Source: Orbicella franksi (Eukaryota). From it: a stretch of 64,000 nucleotides of DNA. The stretch lies in NCBI GenBank assembly GCA_964199315.1, contig OZ116699.1, positions 12,524,001 to 12,588,000 on the forward strand, given 5' to 3'. Shown here piece by piece: positions 12,401 to 22,129 of the stretch. Position 1 is the stretch's first letter; the number at the start of each line of letters is the position of its first letter. Both the position numbers and the translations under genes were made by a program. The notes beneath the pieces were generated by a model that was not told where the DNA came from, did not search any database, and saw only the letters and a program-made list of their open reading frames with translations.

Positions 12401-15400
12401 TATAAGGTAGTGATGGCATGTCAACTTTAGTATTTAAAGACTAGTAGTAATCAGAGATTATGAGAGTGCGTTCGACGCTCTCACTTTAATATATAATTAT
12501 ATTTCGTAAATAAATGATTTCATTAGCTGATTTTCAACCTTTGTCTATTGCTAAAATCAACATTTTTCAGCAGCAACCGAGGTTTTACAGTCAGATATGC
12601 ATAGTGTGAAAGTCCATGCTAGTGAAGAGGTCACGATTTGTTGATACGTTGCGCGACGCTGCCAGTTTCTGTAGTCTCTCAAGTTTCATAGAATATTTAA
12701 ATTACGTACATTATTCTAAGCTAGCATTTGCAGTCGCGTGCTCGTTTCGCGACTAATTCGAGTACAGTAAACACCCGCATATAAGAACACATGGATTAAG
12801 AACATCAGGCTGAAATTTGGCAAATAAAGCACCACTTTTATAAGAACAATATCAGCCTGGAAAAAAAAATAATGTTCTTATAAAATGGGAAGGGTGTCAA
12901 AATTACACAAATTACCATAAACACACCTGCTGACCAGTGGTATTAGCTAAGTTTTGGGCACCTTTGTTCTCTTCAGAATATCTAATATCATGAATTACAT
13001 TTTTTGCCTTTACAATACTATAAACTACTGTATTGATAGAGAAAAACATAAGATTTTATAGCTGTATCAAGGTCAATCACAGTTGTAGTTGATCAAAGCT
13101 TGCAAATACTTGTCCAGTCTTAATGTTATTGTTTTGCTGATGTACATGTCAACACAGTAGTAAATCAGACTTTCAGATTTGCAGATGTACAGTGGACCTC
13201 TACTTTAGGCATTTCAAGGGTGGGGCAGCATATGGATCTGCCACAGAACTATACATACACCCTTCTTGTTACTGTTTTGTTACATTACTGATTACAGTAG
13301 ACCTATTTGAACATTAGGTTTTTAATTATTGTTCCATCAATTTATGTAATTGTCCAAAAACATGATTAAAATTTCTAGCAACATTTTTTATGCTGTACAG
13401 CACTGAATTTAAAAAAATTTAAGAACATTTAAGAACATCCTGAGGCTGATTTTTCACTAAGCATCCCATAAATAAGAACACAATCAGTCTGACCTCTGAA
13501 ATTGTGTGTTCTTATATGCGGGTGTTTACTGTATTTCCCCTGATGAATAAAGTAGTCTTATAGATCTTGCCTTCAGAGTACTTTTCCACCGATTCCAAAC
13601 AATAAAATTTCGACCGGATAAAGACTGAGCTATCTGTCGCGACTGGAACTAATCAACAAATGCAATCAAAATGTAGCTGTTCCCACGGTTATCTTCTCAA
13701 AGCCAAGTCGTGTTAATAAACAAGGACAATTTCCTCAGATTGCGATAAATGCTGCCGTCGAAGCGTTTAAATCTAACGCCAAAATCTAACGCTGAGAGCA
13801 CGTAATGACGAGGCATACGGCGACTGAATGGAAAGAAGTCAAGGAAAGATCCATCGGAAAGACGAGCTCACATGGCCTGCTTACATACTCACATGTTCGC
13901 CACATGTCTTATCACATGTCTTGTTAAACGGTACCAGTTTACTGCCCGTGACATGCCCCTGCAAAAACCAAGCGGGGTGGCCATTTTGGTGTCCTTACAG
14001 GAATGTGGTTTTATTCAGCCTAGAACCGTGCACAGGGATACCAACTCTGTGAAGCCACAGGTCAAAATTAGGTTTGCGTTCCACTTCGTCGAACGCAATG
14101 ATTTCCAGTCTGTACTGCGCAGTCTCAGCACCCTAAATGTTTATGAACATAAAACGTCCCACTCGACGGAATGCGAATCGATGTTATTCGTTGCGAACCA
14201 CATACCTTATCTTTGAAGCCTTTCGGATTCTTTTTCCAACAGCTTCATTGATTTTACAGCTGCGAAGTTGTTTCATCAAGTGGTATGAGAATTAAAGAAA
14301 GGAACATAAAGCTTCGCGTCAGTAATGGCGGTTGATATGAAACTTTGAATTTACTTCGTGTAAGTGGCTGCGAAATGTTCACATTTAGTGATGTCGTACA
14401 TGAAACAAAACAAAAAACGTGCGAGTGAGTGCGCAGCACGGACTGGAAATCCTCTTTAATACACTTTAACTCATGGAGCATTTATGCTTTTCCCGTTATC
14501 CCCTGACTTCCTCGCTGCATTCAACTTCCATGACTATAGAATAATTCGTAGTAAACAAGAAGCACCCATTCTAACATTAGGAGTTATTTGTGGTTGTTTG
14601 TAATGCATATATCTCCAATTTTGTTTTAGGATTATGTCGCTTATGGACACGGAGGCAGGATTTTGCCAGGTAGGGTATCATATCATACGAGCTACTGACC
14701 AATCGTTAGTGAAGTCAACAAGGCTGCATATTGGCCACGTTGACCGAACAAGCTTGTTCAATGAAGGATATATTATATGGTATAAAGAACACCATTTTAT
14801 TTTGAGAAACAGCGGGTAATGCTGAGCAGACAGGATAGCCCCATCATTCCCGCGCAGGTAGCCAATCACAGCAAAGGATTTGGTTCGGCATTTTTTAAAA
14901 AAATTTTTTTGGCGGGGGTTCATATTGGCCGCTTGCGAAACTTGGCATATGATATTGAGTTGTGTAGCAGCATGTTTAGTTTCGTATCTCTGAAACTTGT
15001 TGTGATCTTGCAATCCTAAACATCGTTCAATGCTCTTCCGAAGAGGAAAAGAGAACAAAAATACTGATTAAAATTGGATTTTACATCTGATTTCAAAATC
15101 TTTGGATGTAATTGGCAAGAAATGAAAGAAACTTTGAACTTGACCATTGTGAGGATTATTGCAGTGATCTATTGATGTTGACCTTGAAAAAGAAATTCTA
15201 ACTGAACCCAACACGAAGAAGTTATTATGAATTCCAAATCATCAGTCTGTTTATTCCTAGCCATCTGGTTTCGTTATGATCTGAGCCCAATCACTGTCAA
15301 ATATGTGGAGAGACGCAAGCCACTCTACCATTTCATCACCACGGTATGATGCATTGAATAGTTAGAAATGCTCAGTAATTCTTTAATTCTTTACAAGCAA

Positions 15401-16378
15401 ATAAATTAAATTATAGTTTTGTCTCTTTATTTAGCTTAAAACTCAGTGTAAGAGATTTCTAATGTAGCTTTCACTTCGCTATTTATTTTTCCCAGTCTTG
15501 TTCCCTTTTTTCCGTACAAACGAAAACGTTTTCTACAAACACTAAATATTCTTCTTGCACAATAATACTAGCACGTACGACGCGATGGTTCTTTGTGTAA
15601 AAAGGAGCTAAGATTCCCATCCACTTTGTAGATTTATGTGGAATCTTATTATAAAACTTTATGTAAAATAAGTTATGCATACCTATAGTAGTAAGTAGTA
15701 AGTATTAGTGACACACGTTAAAACTCGGACCATCATTGATTGGCTAATGTTAAACCTCGTATCTGATTAATGTATAATTTCTCGTTAGCGCGATGGAAGT
15801 GGGATGGAAGTTGCATGAAACTACGATGTACTTTGACCCTTTTGTTGCATCCGTTCCTCTCAAGTTAATATATAGCGCCACTGATTATTCCAATGAAAAG
15901 CAAGAAATCAGCAAATGAGAGTTATCAAAATTGAAAAGGTAAGAAAAGTACCAAAAGAATTTCTTTAAAGATATCGTGCCAAACTTTTCGGGCGTAGCCC
16001 TCCCTTCCACCTCTCTTATTTACGGTTCACTTTGGTACGTTTTGTTCCATTGAAGAGAGGCTAAGCCTTGGTATCTTTGAAAGAAGTCGTTTGGTACTTT
16101 TCTTACCATTCTTATGACACAGTGCAATGACACAGTGCAATGACACAGTGCCACGCAGTATTTGGAACTTGTTGTTATTATCAGGGGTAATTATTACTTG
16201 TGTTTAGTATTTGCAGACATGCTGCCAGGTTTTGGTTCCTTCACGTTTTGTTTTTTGTGTTGATTTTCAGGTGTGCGCAATCGTAGGAGGTACTTTCACC
16301 GTGGCGGGTATTATAGATTCCATGATATTCACAGCCAGCGAGTTGTTTAAAAAGGCTCAACTAGGAAAGTTAAGCTAA
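3417..16378 (+). CDS. ERGIC1: ER-Golgi intermediate compartment protein 1 (ERGIC-32), 5' partial, 13 exons
   Basis: GT-AG exons with consistent phases: 3417-3478 (FDVYRKVPKDLTEPTLTGAV), 8444-8516, 9599-9687, 10126-10159 (LGLDIQDEMGR), 10575-10627, 11153-11190, 11540-11584 (VPGNFHVSTH), 11676-11735, 11868-11925, 12306-12406 (SHDYVLKIVPTIYE), 14630-14669, 15261-15343 (IWFRYDLSPITVKY), 16271-16378 (VCAIVGGTFTVAGIIDS...KAQLGKLS*). These peptides match vertebrate ERGIC1 as I recall it. The short first coding exon was not found and is presumably upstream of the window. Confidence 0.95.
3635..3778 (-). repeat. 3' LTR (144 bp)
   Basis: Direct repeat of 7354-7497, differing at two positions (AATCACC vs AATCGCC; GGCCCGA vs GGCCTGA). 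Confidence 0.97.
3779..3791 (-). other. Polypurine tract
   Basis: The minus strand reads AAAAAGAGGGGGA immediately before the 3' LTR. Confidence 0.9.
3960..5351 (-). CDS. Gypsy integrase region, frameshifted off pol
   Basis: HHCC zinc finger (HLGHQG...CNLC) and DDE core (TDIFEF, IADFGSQF, LAERAI). The same frame is open upstream of the annotated Met (TETTTKDTASQRNIHF...). Confidence 0.9.
   Translation of the reverse strand: MNLLKNTIYNGWPPYRKQCPQELWEFWNFRCDLTLEDGLVLKGSRIVVPASMRNQVLQAIHLGHQGENKCILQARESVFWPGISADIRQMVKDCNLCDKHKPAQPRLPILQPDLPTQPWEKLGTDIFEFNKEKYLMVVDYYSRFPVIRLLNDMASHTVCNHFTSILAEYDLPATIIADFGSQFISERFKTKCEQSGITLHCSSPYHHQANSLAERAIGTCKSLLRKALEEKECPYTALWMYRTTPLSDQMPSPHKLLFGRKPQTTLPSSRSALKSKHLHHEANQKCQERQAVFYDRKAGSNKKALNNREPVFVWNTLKNTWQSGTVLNRPQPMEHPRTYTVDIQGKIYQRTREHLRPRSQSEIPPSAGSNTPPIGTVTPVDDSKDAHIPNDKATRPPPLSEASPQDSTPTPDQSLSLQLPCSKRQIDLEPAGAVVTSEGTCYHPKSQVTRTGRITHVPTKFKD
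5387..7225 (-). CDS. Gag fused in frame to truncated RT and RNase H (612 aa)
   Basis: Gag with two Cys/His knuckles (CFRCGNTHDKSANC; CKHCGKTGHYARVC). It runs directly into QDIFQRKLD...GIADDIVV (RT second half) and then RNase H (CDASKTG, EREC, TDHSPL, ADALSR). No aspartic protease motif and no RT N-terminal half are present. Confidence 0.9.
   Translation of the reverse strand: MADRFKPPAMDWTTPGDIHKRFKLFQQKCELIFAGPLGKVEEAKKVRLLLLWIGDKGLEIYNTTTWASEGDDLKISPVMAALEAYTKPQSNEILARYQLRCLKQADRPLEEFITKARLLIEDGGYDPAAKENTLRDTLVFGVASDKVRKDAIALGNGLTFKQVYDLAKVEESTKAQMKIISKGDEKSDLHTVQRESAYSTKKHPPGQSFTHQTSYGDQNQRDHSGRKPHRLQFKSKGCFRCGNTHDKSANCPAKNAKCKHCGKTGHYARVCMLKRFQKVHQIVSSPEYQGQDIRDKGQDIFQRKLDEVYRGTPNVMGIADDIVVCGSTQSEHDQAFCEMLKATRKHNVNLNSKKLQFKQAQVDFYGHVLTENGIQPAKEKLEAIHNMKSPSNMGELQTILGMVTYLNRFSTKLADLTSPLRELTKKNVHFSWEPHHQKTLDRIKQELCTSKLISYYDPDPSTPTILQCDASKTGIGAWLRQSHSQGNEHIVAMASRSLTDAESRYFNIERECLAVAYGLEKFEYYLLGRNVTVETDHSPLEQIFKKNINEAPGRLQRLLLRCLRFDINVQYKPGRSIPVADALSREQHMALRLRLRTPHHSVTSTSYPPPST
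7336..7353 (-). other. Primer binding site complementary to the tRNA-Leu 3' end
   Basis: The minus strand TGGTGTCAGGAGTGGGAT directly follows the 5' LTR. It is complementary to ...ATCCCACTCCTGACA-CCA, the tRNA-Leu(CAG)-type 3' end (recalled). Confidence 0.88.
7354..7497 (-). repeat. 5' LTR (144 bp)
   Basis: Minus strand TGTCACGG...CTACTGCA. Near-identical to 3635-3778. Confidence 0.97.
8714..8897. mobile_element. Small TIR element (MITE-like), no TSD seen
   Basis: About 20-bp inverted termini: GATTTATTATCCAACTGCTG and CAGCAGTTGGATAATAAAATC. Confidence 0.5.
12115..12217. mobile_element. Tc1/mariner-pogo-type MITE, degenerate
   Basis: TA|CAGTTGAATCCTGATTTCTCGA ... TCGAAAAATCGGGATTACACTG|TA. 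TA flanks with imperfect TIRs. Confidence 0.6.
12765..13531. mobile_element. Tc1/mariner-type MITE, 767 bp
   Basis: Perfect 27-bp TIRs (CAGTAAACACCCGCATATAAGAACACA at 12765-12791 and its reverse complement at 13505-13531), flanked by TA on both sides. No transposase ORF inside. Confidence 0.9.
15938..16107. mobile_element. MITE-like element with about 38-bp imperfect TIRs
   Basis: GGTAAGAAAAGTACCAAAAGAATTTCTTTAAAGATATC and GGTATCTTTGAAAGAAGTCGTTTGGTACTTTTCTTACC are inverted. No clear TSD. Confidence 0.55.
16114..16152. repeat. 13-bp tandem repeat x3
   Basis: ATGACACAGTGCA ATGACACAGTGCA ATGACACAGTGCC. Confidence 0.9.
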
Positions 16379-16745
16379 TTCAGGACCGTAAAAATGTCAG
16401 AAACAAAAATGGGATCGGTAACAATCATAGAGGCATTTACTCGCAGATTTTCTTAGCATTTTTGGCATTAAATTATTGTTCTTTTTGTAACTGTATTTCC
16501 CAGGGACATTTTGTACTGTTTTACTGAGGTAATTAGACTCTGTTAGTGTTTTTAAAACACTTTGAGACTATTCTTAATGAGAGAGGTCTTTTTATGTCAT
16601 TTATATTTGCGACTTCCTAATGAAGTTGTTTACTTTATTATCATAGGAGTAGAATGCTGGGGAAATTTGATTGAAATATGAATTACAGAAGTTTTCATTT
16701 AAATTAGAACTATTGTTATGTATAATATACTCAGGGTTCGCCGTC

Positions 16746-16751
16746 AATAAA
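16746..16751 (+). terminator. Candidate polyadenylation signal of ERGIC1
   Basis: AATAAA about 370 bp after the stop codon, followed by T/GT-rich sequence. Confidence 0.5.
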
Positions 16752-17733
16752 GTAAATGATCACCGAGTTCCTTTCTGTGCAGTTTGTTTGTTGTATCTTT
16801 ATGGGTGGCAACCAACAGGCAAAAACTGCATGTACTCATTCAATGGGTGAATAATTTGAGTATTATTCCGAGCCAAGTCCACGAAGGATAATCTGGACTC
16901 CTTCCTATTTCTTGTGTCGTGGGAGAACAACAACAAAAAAATTGTGTCGAGTGAAAGTGAAGGCGATCTCTGTGTCTCAGATGCCGACTCCTGTCTGTCT
17001 CCTTGTTTTTTCTCGGTGAAGGTCTATAGTCTTGTCAATTTGTGACCCATTTGCTTGATACAAGTGAAAAGAGCTGGAAGCGTCTTAGTGGGTATATTTT
17101 GTGAAGTATTATCAAAATATCTTGCTAGGTAAATTACAATTAAGGATATTGAATTTTCAGGTAATTCATGTCATATTTGGATTCTTCTGTCATTTGCATA
17201 TTTGTCGTGACGTCCGTGCTATTGGTCGAACACCAAGTGAAACGCAAGATGTTCTGAGGATAGAGCAGAATATAGTTCACAGATGCATTCTACTTACTAA
17301 AGACGGAACTTCTTTTGAGATGACTTCTAAGCGAATACAGCCGAGTCTGTAAACTGAATGAAACGTTTTGCTGCTCAGAACCGGAAACATGTTGAAACAA
17401 GAAAGGATGAACTGAAGGGTAAGAAAGTTTACTCCTCATATAGACCTTATTCTTTACCTAATCCCTCCTAAGTAATTTTGACATATCGTATTCATTCCTA
17501 AGCTCTGACTACTTTGGGCTGTCCACTTTAGTAAAATTCGCATCACAGGATTGCCTATTTCTAGACCCTCCTGGAATTTCTGAGACCTTGAGTGAGCTTA
17601 AAAGAACCTTGAGTGGAATTACCTTGAGATAAAGGCCTATATTGGGGATTACTGGAACTGTTTTACACTTTAATCTTTCTCGCCTGAAACAACTGGGACA
17701 TCAAGACGGAAACACCATGCAGCATGAAATCAT

Positions 17734-18528
17734 TTATTTTGCCTCATTGCCCATGTGAAGGTTCAACTTGGACACGTTTTCTTGAAGAACCCTTTGTTCC
17801 TCCAAGCGCTCATTCAAATTCTGAAGTAGTATCTTGCTTTCTTGAAGCCCTCTTTGTATGGCAGCGACTTCCCTTTGCCTTTGCTCGGCGGTTTCTTCCA
17901 GCAACGCCTCTTTCTGTTTCAATGTGCTTCGCAGTTCCTCCAGCTTCTGAAGGGCGTTGGCCTTCTGTCGTTTCATGTGTGCGACTTCACGTTGCATAGC
18001 TTTCTTCTCTCTGATTGTTTCACTAGTAACGCCCCTGATAGTAGCCTTTACTTCCTTTATGAAAGTGCGATGTGCGTCAATCCGAATTCTCAGGCGGGTA
18101 AGCTTTTGCACGATTTCTTCATTTTGCTTCCTTACTGGAGCATTTTCCAAAAGGAATCTTTCGATCGCTGAAATCTCGGTTTTCAGACTCAAATATTGTT
18201 CTTCATAGCTCTTCCTTTTATTAAACTCTTTGAATTCTTTCAAAATAACGCTGTGCTGACTTTCCTCCAAGGTTCTGTAACTTTCAACTGAATATGGCGG
18301 AAAGCATTCAAGAAGATATTTCAGTTTTCTTTCTAGGCGCGACACAAGATTATACCACTCATGGGCGGACGATTTGACCGTGAGAAGTTCTAATTTAACC
18401 TCCATTTCTGCAACAATCCTACTGACTTCTAAATTTATCTCGAAAACAAGTGATTTGACCTGCTCGTGGGTGAGTCTGTTCCATCTGTTCTCGCTCCGCG
18501 CAGTTATTGGTCCGCCTATTTTCACCAT
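17734..18528 (-). CDS. Uncharacterised coiled-coil protein, single coding exon (264 aa)
   Basis: Long ATG-initiated ORF with an E/K/Q/L/R-rich, heptad-like C-terminal half. A pyrimidine-rich AG acceptor lies 16 nt upstream of the ATG, suggesting a 5' UTR intron. No family recognised. Confidence 0.55.
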   Translation of the reverse strand: MVKIGGPITARSENRWNRLTHEQVKSLVFEINLEVSRIVAEMEVKLELLTVKSSAHEWYNLVSRLERKLKYLLECFPPYSVESYRTLEESQHSVILKEFKEFNKRKSYEEQYLSLKTEISAIERFLLENAPVRKQNEEIVQKLTRLRIRIDAHRTFIKEVKATIRGVTSETIREKKAMQREVAHMKRQKANALQKLEELRSTLKQKEALLEETAEQRQREVAAIQRGLQESKILLQNLNERLEEQRVLQENVSKLNLHMGNEAK

Positions 18529-19355
18529 TGCACAGCCTTTTTACCTATTGAGACAAAAGAATTTTTTACTCGCATACTCTGCCAACTAATTGGGAAATTA
18601 CTGACTAAAAAAATGCAGAGAATACGAACCTTCAAGATTACAGTTTGATGCCTCAATATTCAGTTCGCTGAGTTGTCCGTTATAATACCATTGTCAGCGT
18701 CATTCAAACCTATTTCTTGTGTCGCAGACAAAGCGCGCGCAAAAGCTCTCGCGACCTTCGCGACCTTGCTTTCACATAACGGCGCAACGTCACTGGGAAG
18801 AGTGCAAGGAAGAAGCAAGAACAAAAGAACCCAACCCTTTTTGTTATTAAACCTGTGAAGTCGGTAGAGACCTGGCAATAGGACTGGACCCGACGTTCTC
18901 TTTTGCGGGCAGGTCAAGAACTAACCACTTGCGCTTCACTGCAACCGTGCATTGCAATTTTGAGAGAATTTTCAAATATCACTCGAAACGTAAGTATATA
19001 AGTACTTTCGAACTTGCACTTGCATTCATACCCATATAATTAGCGGATGGATTGCGGGTGATAAATTGAACGAAAATCCGGCGGAAATGTTACGCAGATG
19101 GATAACCTGCGACCTTTGGCCCGGGATCCGGATCGTTGACCCGGAATCGTTATTCCTAAACGCGAATTTCGAATGCATTTTGCTCTCTCTCTTCAAAAAA
19201 TGTTTCCTAATATGATCCTTAGTTCGATGTGCTTTAGGCTAAAATAGCAATTTTTAATCAATGGCTTTAGAAAAGTTTAGAATACTTTGTAAAGGATTAG
19301 TTGTTTTGGCTTTGCTTTGGCTGAGCTCAGCGATTGGCTTAAACTATATCCAGAG

Positions 19356-19500
19356 NNNNNNNNNNNNNNNNNNNNNNNNNNNNNNNNNNNNNNNNNNNNN
19401 NNNNNNNNNNNNNNNNNNNNNNNNNNNNNNNNNNNNNNNNNNNNNNNNNNNNNNNNNNNNNNNNNNNNNNNNNNNNNNNNNNNNNNNNNNNNNNNNNNNN
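19356..19500. other. Assembly gap (145 N)
   Basis: Run of N in the sequence. Confidence 1.
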
Positions 19501-19589
19501 AATAACTTTATTACCGTGTCAGTCTTTCTAGTTTTTACATGTAAAAACTAATTGGGGACACCTACCTACATGTACATTACTCCATAAAT

Positions 19590-20080
19590 AAAATAAGTTT
19601 ACAACCTAGTATATGTACAATAAAACAAAAGAAAACCTATATAAATACACTTTACAAATCGACAAAAACTAATTTCTACATAAATAGCAATCCTTACATT
19701 TATATTGCGATACAACGTCTGACAGGTCGAGCGCCCTGATTTGATTTTTAAAAGCATTTAAGGAGTCAGCCAATTTAATAGAGCTATGCAGCTTCGACCA
19801 AATGAAAGGTCCCATACATCTTAAACTATGTCTCCCGTATGTAACAGTATTACATCTTGGTAAGGAAAAATCGACTGCATTCCTAAGGTTATACCTACTC
19901 ATGTTACAATTAAAAAGATCTGATATATATGATGGAACTAAGTTAGCCCTGACTTTATACATCAATATGGCTATGTCGTGAAGCCTGGGATTACGTAACG
20001 TTGGTAGTCTAGCTTTGTCTAGTAGCGCTTTATAAGGACTAATCCTGTCGCAGTAAATAGTCCGTAATGCTCGCTCTTTC
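19590..20080 (-). mobile_element. 5'-truncated non-LTR retrotransposon (CR1/L2-group) ORF2 C-terminus
   Basis: The minus strand encodes ...ERALRTIYCDRISPYKALLDKARLPTL...DIAILMYKV...YNLRN..F.LPR.NTVTYGRHSLR.MGP.IWSKL...FKNQIR...CKDCYLC, the typical post-RT tail of these LINEs. Confidence 0.75.
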
Positions 20081-22129
20081 TAAATAGCCTTTCTAAATAG
20101 CTGATAGTTTTGTAGCACGATCACCCGTAGTGCTTGTGCTTATGTGCAAGTATTGTAAACAAAGGTTACCCCATTGGCAGACCATTTATATTTTTTGTAT
20201 ATCTGTTGCCATGTGATTGTAGTATCAGACATAATATCATATCCTATTAGTTTCTTTACAGCTAACTTGTTGGTTACTTGTTGTTTTATAGCCGAGCTTT
20301 TTACTTGACCGACACTGCAATAAGCAAGTCTTTGATATTGTTACACAAAGGCCGGCTGTACTCATACAATAGAATTATGGTATATATCAGAGTCTTTGGC
20401 CAGGATCCTCTGCAATGCCAGGCTGAGAATGGTATTATCATCCTTAAAAGCCTTCAGTGTTAATTTCGAAATTGGTGAAGTTCTCACAAACCTGTTCTAT
20501 CTGTTTACATTTTCTAGGCTCACAAAGTTGTTGAAAAGACATAGTCAAAACACAGGAGTATTTTGTTGTGCAAATTTATCGGACGCACGAATGCAACTAA
20601 TTCGAACAGAGAGATTCAACCAGACAGTTCCCGTTCACTGCTGTTGTTATAAAATCTGCTTCACGTTCTTAGCTGGATGTGTATCGCGTTATAGATGCAC
20701 TTGAAAGATTGAAGAGCACTCGAAAATCTAGATTTGCCTTTGGCTACGCTCATTCACGTCCACAGATCTAGAGCCGTTGGTCTATATATATCTTAGCCGG
20801 CAGTGAAAATATTAGTTCAAACAACTAGCTGATCATATAAATATATCATGTACTTTCAGAGCCACCTTTCCCTCGTGCCAAGCAGAGTGACAGGTGGCTG
20901 TGCCGAGGATGAGCGCCTCTCTCATGCTCAGCAAACTCCTGCCGGGATGCATTCCAACGAAACGCAACTGAAGCAGGTCAAGCAGAAAGCATGAAGCTAA
21001 ATCTTTATCATTCACAGTCTCGATGCTCATCGAGACTTCCTCAGCTGAATGCTAATCAAATACTTTTTCAAAACAATAATTATGATTTTAGTACAAAGGA
21101 AACTACGAACGTTAATGGACTAAACAACGTAACGTCAACTTCACCTGAAAGATAACAGTTTTTTTAAGTTGATGACCAAGGTTTTTAAAAAAGCGTTGTG
21201 TAATCCCCACAATTATTCAGTTATTCAGCTAAAAGTAAGAGTAGCTATAGCTGAGTAGCTAAGCTAATAGCTGAGTAGCTATTGAGACTGCAGTCGATGC
21301 ACTTTGAAAACTTCAAACCATGACTTTTCGTAGTTTAGTGAACCAGCCGCACCATGATGAATAACACGCTAATAAAGGTGTTCGGGTCTCACTGTGTTGA
21401 GTTTGACTGGGGGCAAAATTGCATATGCTGGACAGAAATCTAGAAGAAACCGAGGAAAAAAAAGTTTCGATCCAGTGGGTGCACGGGTAGAGAGGAATGA
21501 CGTGCTTCGATCCAGCCACTGACAGAAAATGCAACCAAGCTCAAACCACTGAAAGATGTTTGAGAACACTTTGAAAAGACAGTTCCATGGGCTTAAATAT
21601 TTATGTAGTTGCGACTTTATCATATCAACTTTTTCGGCTTGAAAATTTGAATGTGGCATACACAAAGATCTGGCCTTAGTTTGTGTGAAAAAGTCTTCCT
21701 AGACTCGCACGAAAATGAGCACTCTGATTTGCCCAATAAAACTTCTTACATGACCAGCCAATAGACAGACCATTATTGGGCTACATCCTTTTTACTTACC
21801 TTTAAACTCGAAAATTGAGGGTTTAAGTACTTATTTAATTAACAGAAAAATCAGTCTAATGTTCGAAAGCATAACTGACTTCACGAGACACAAATGATAC
21901 AACCCTAATACCGCCCGCTGATTTCTCCATATTGAAGCAAGTAACTCAGGAAGACATAGTTTGTCAACTGCAGATTGTCACCGAATTTCAGCAGAGCTGC
22001 TTGCTGTACTCCTAAGATCATCACTAACCAGGTGTCGATTAGGAAACGGGCTTCTGAACGAACTAATACACGATATAGTGGGTTTTGAAATATTTGTTCA
22101 ACTGGTCTCGTGGCTCCCAACCAAACACA

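Noticed and set aside
19261-19551. ORFs with a signal-peptide-like start
   Set aside because: They run through the 145-N gap and cannot be evaluated.
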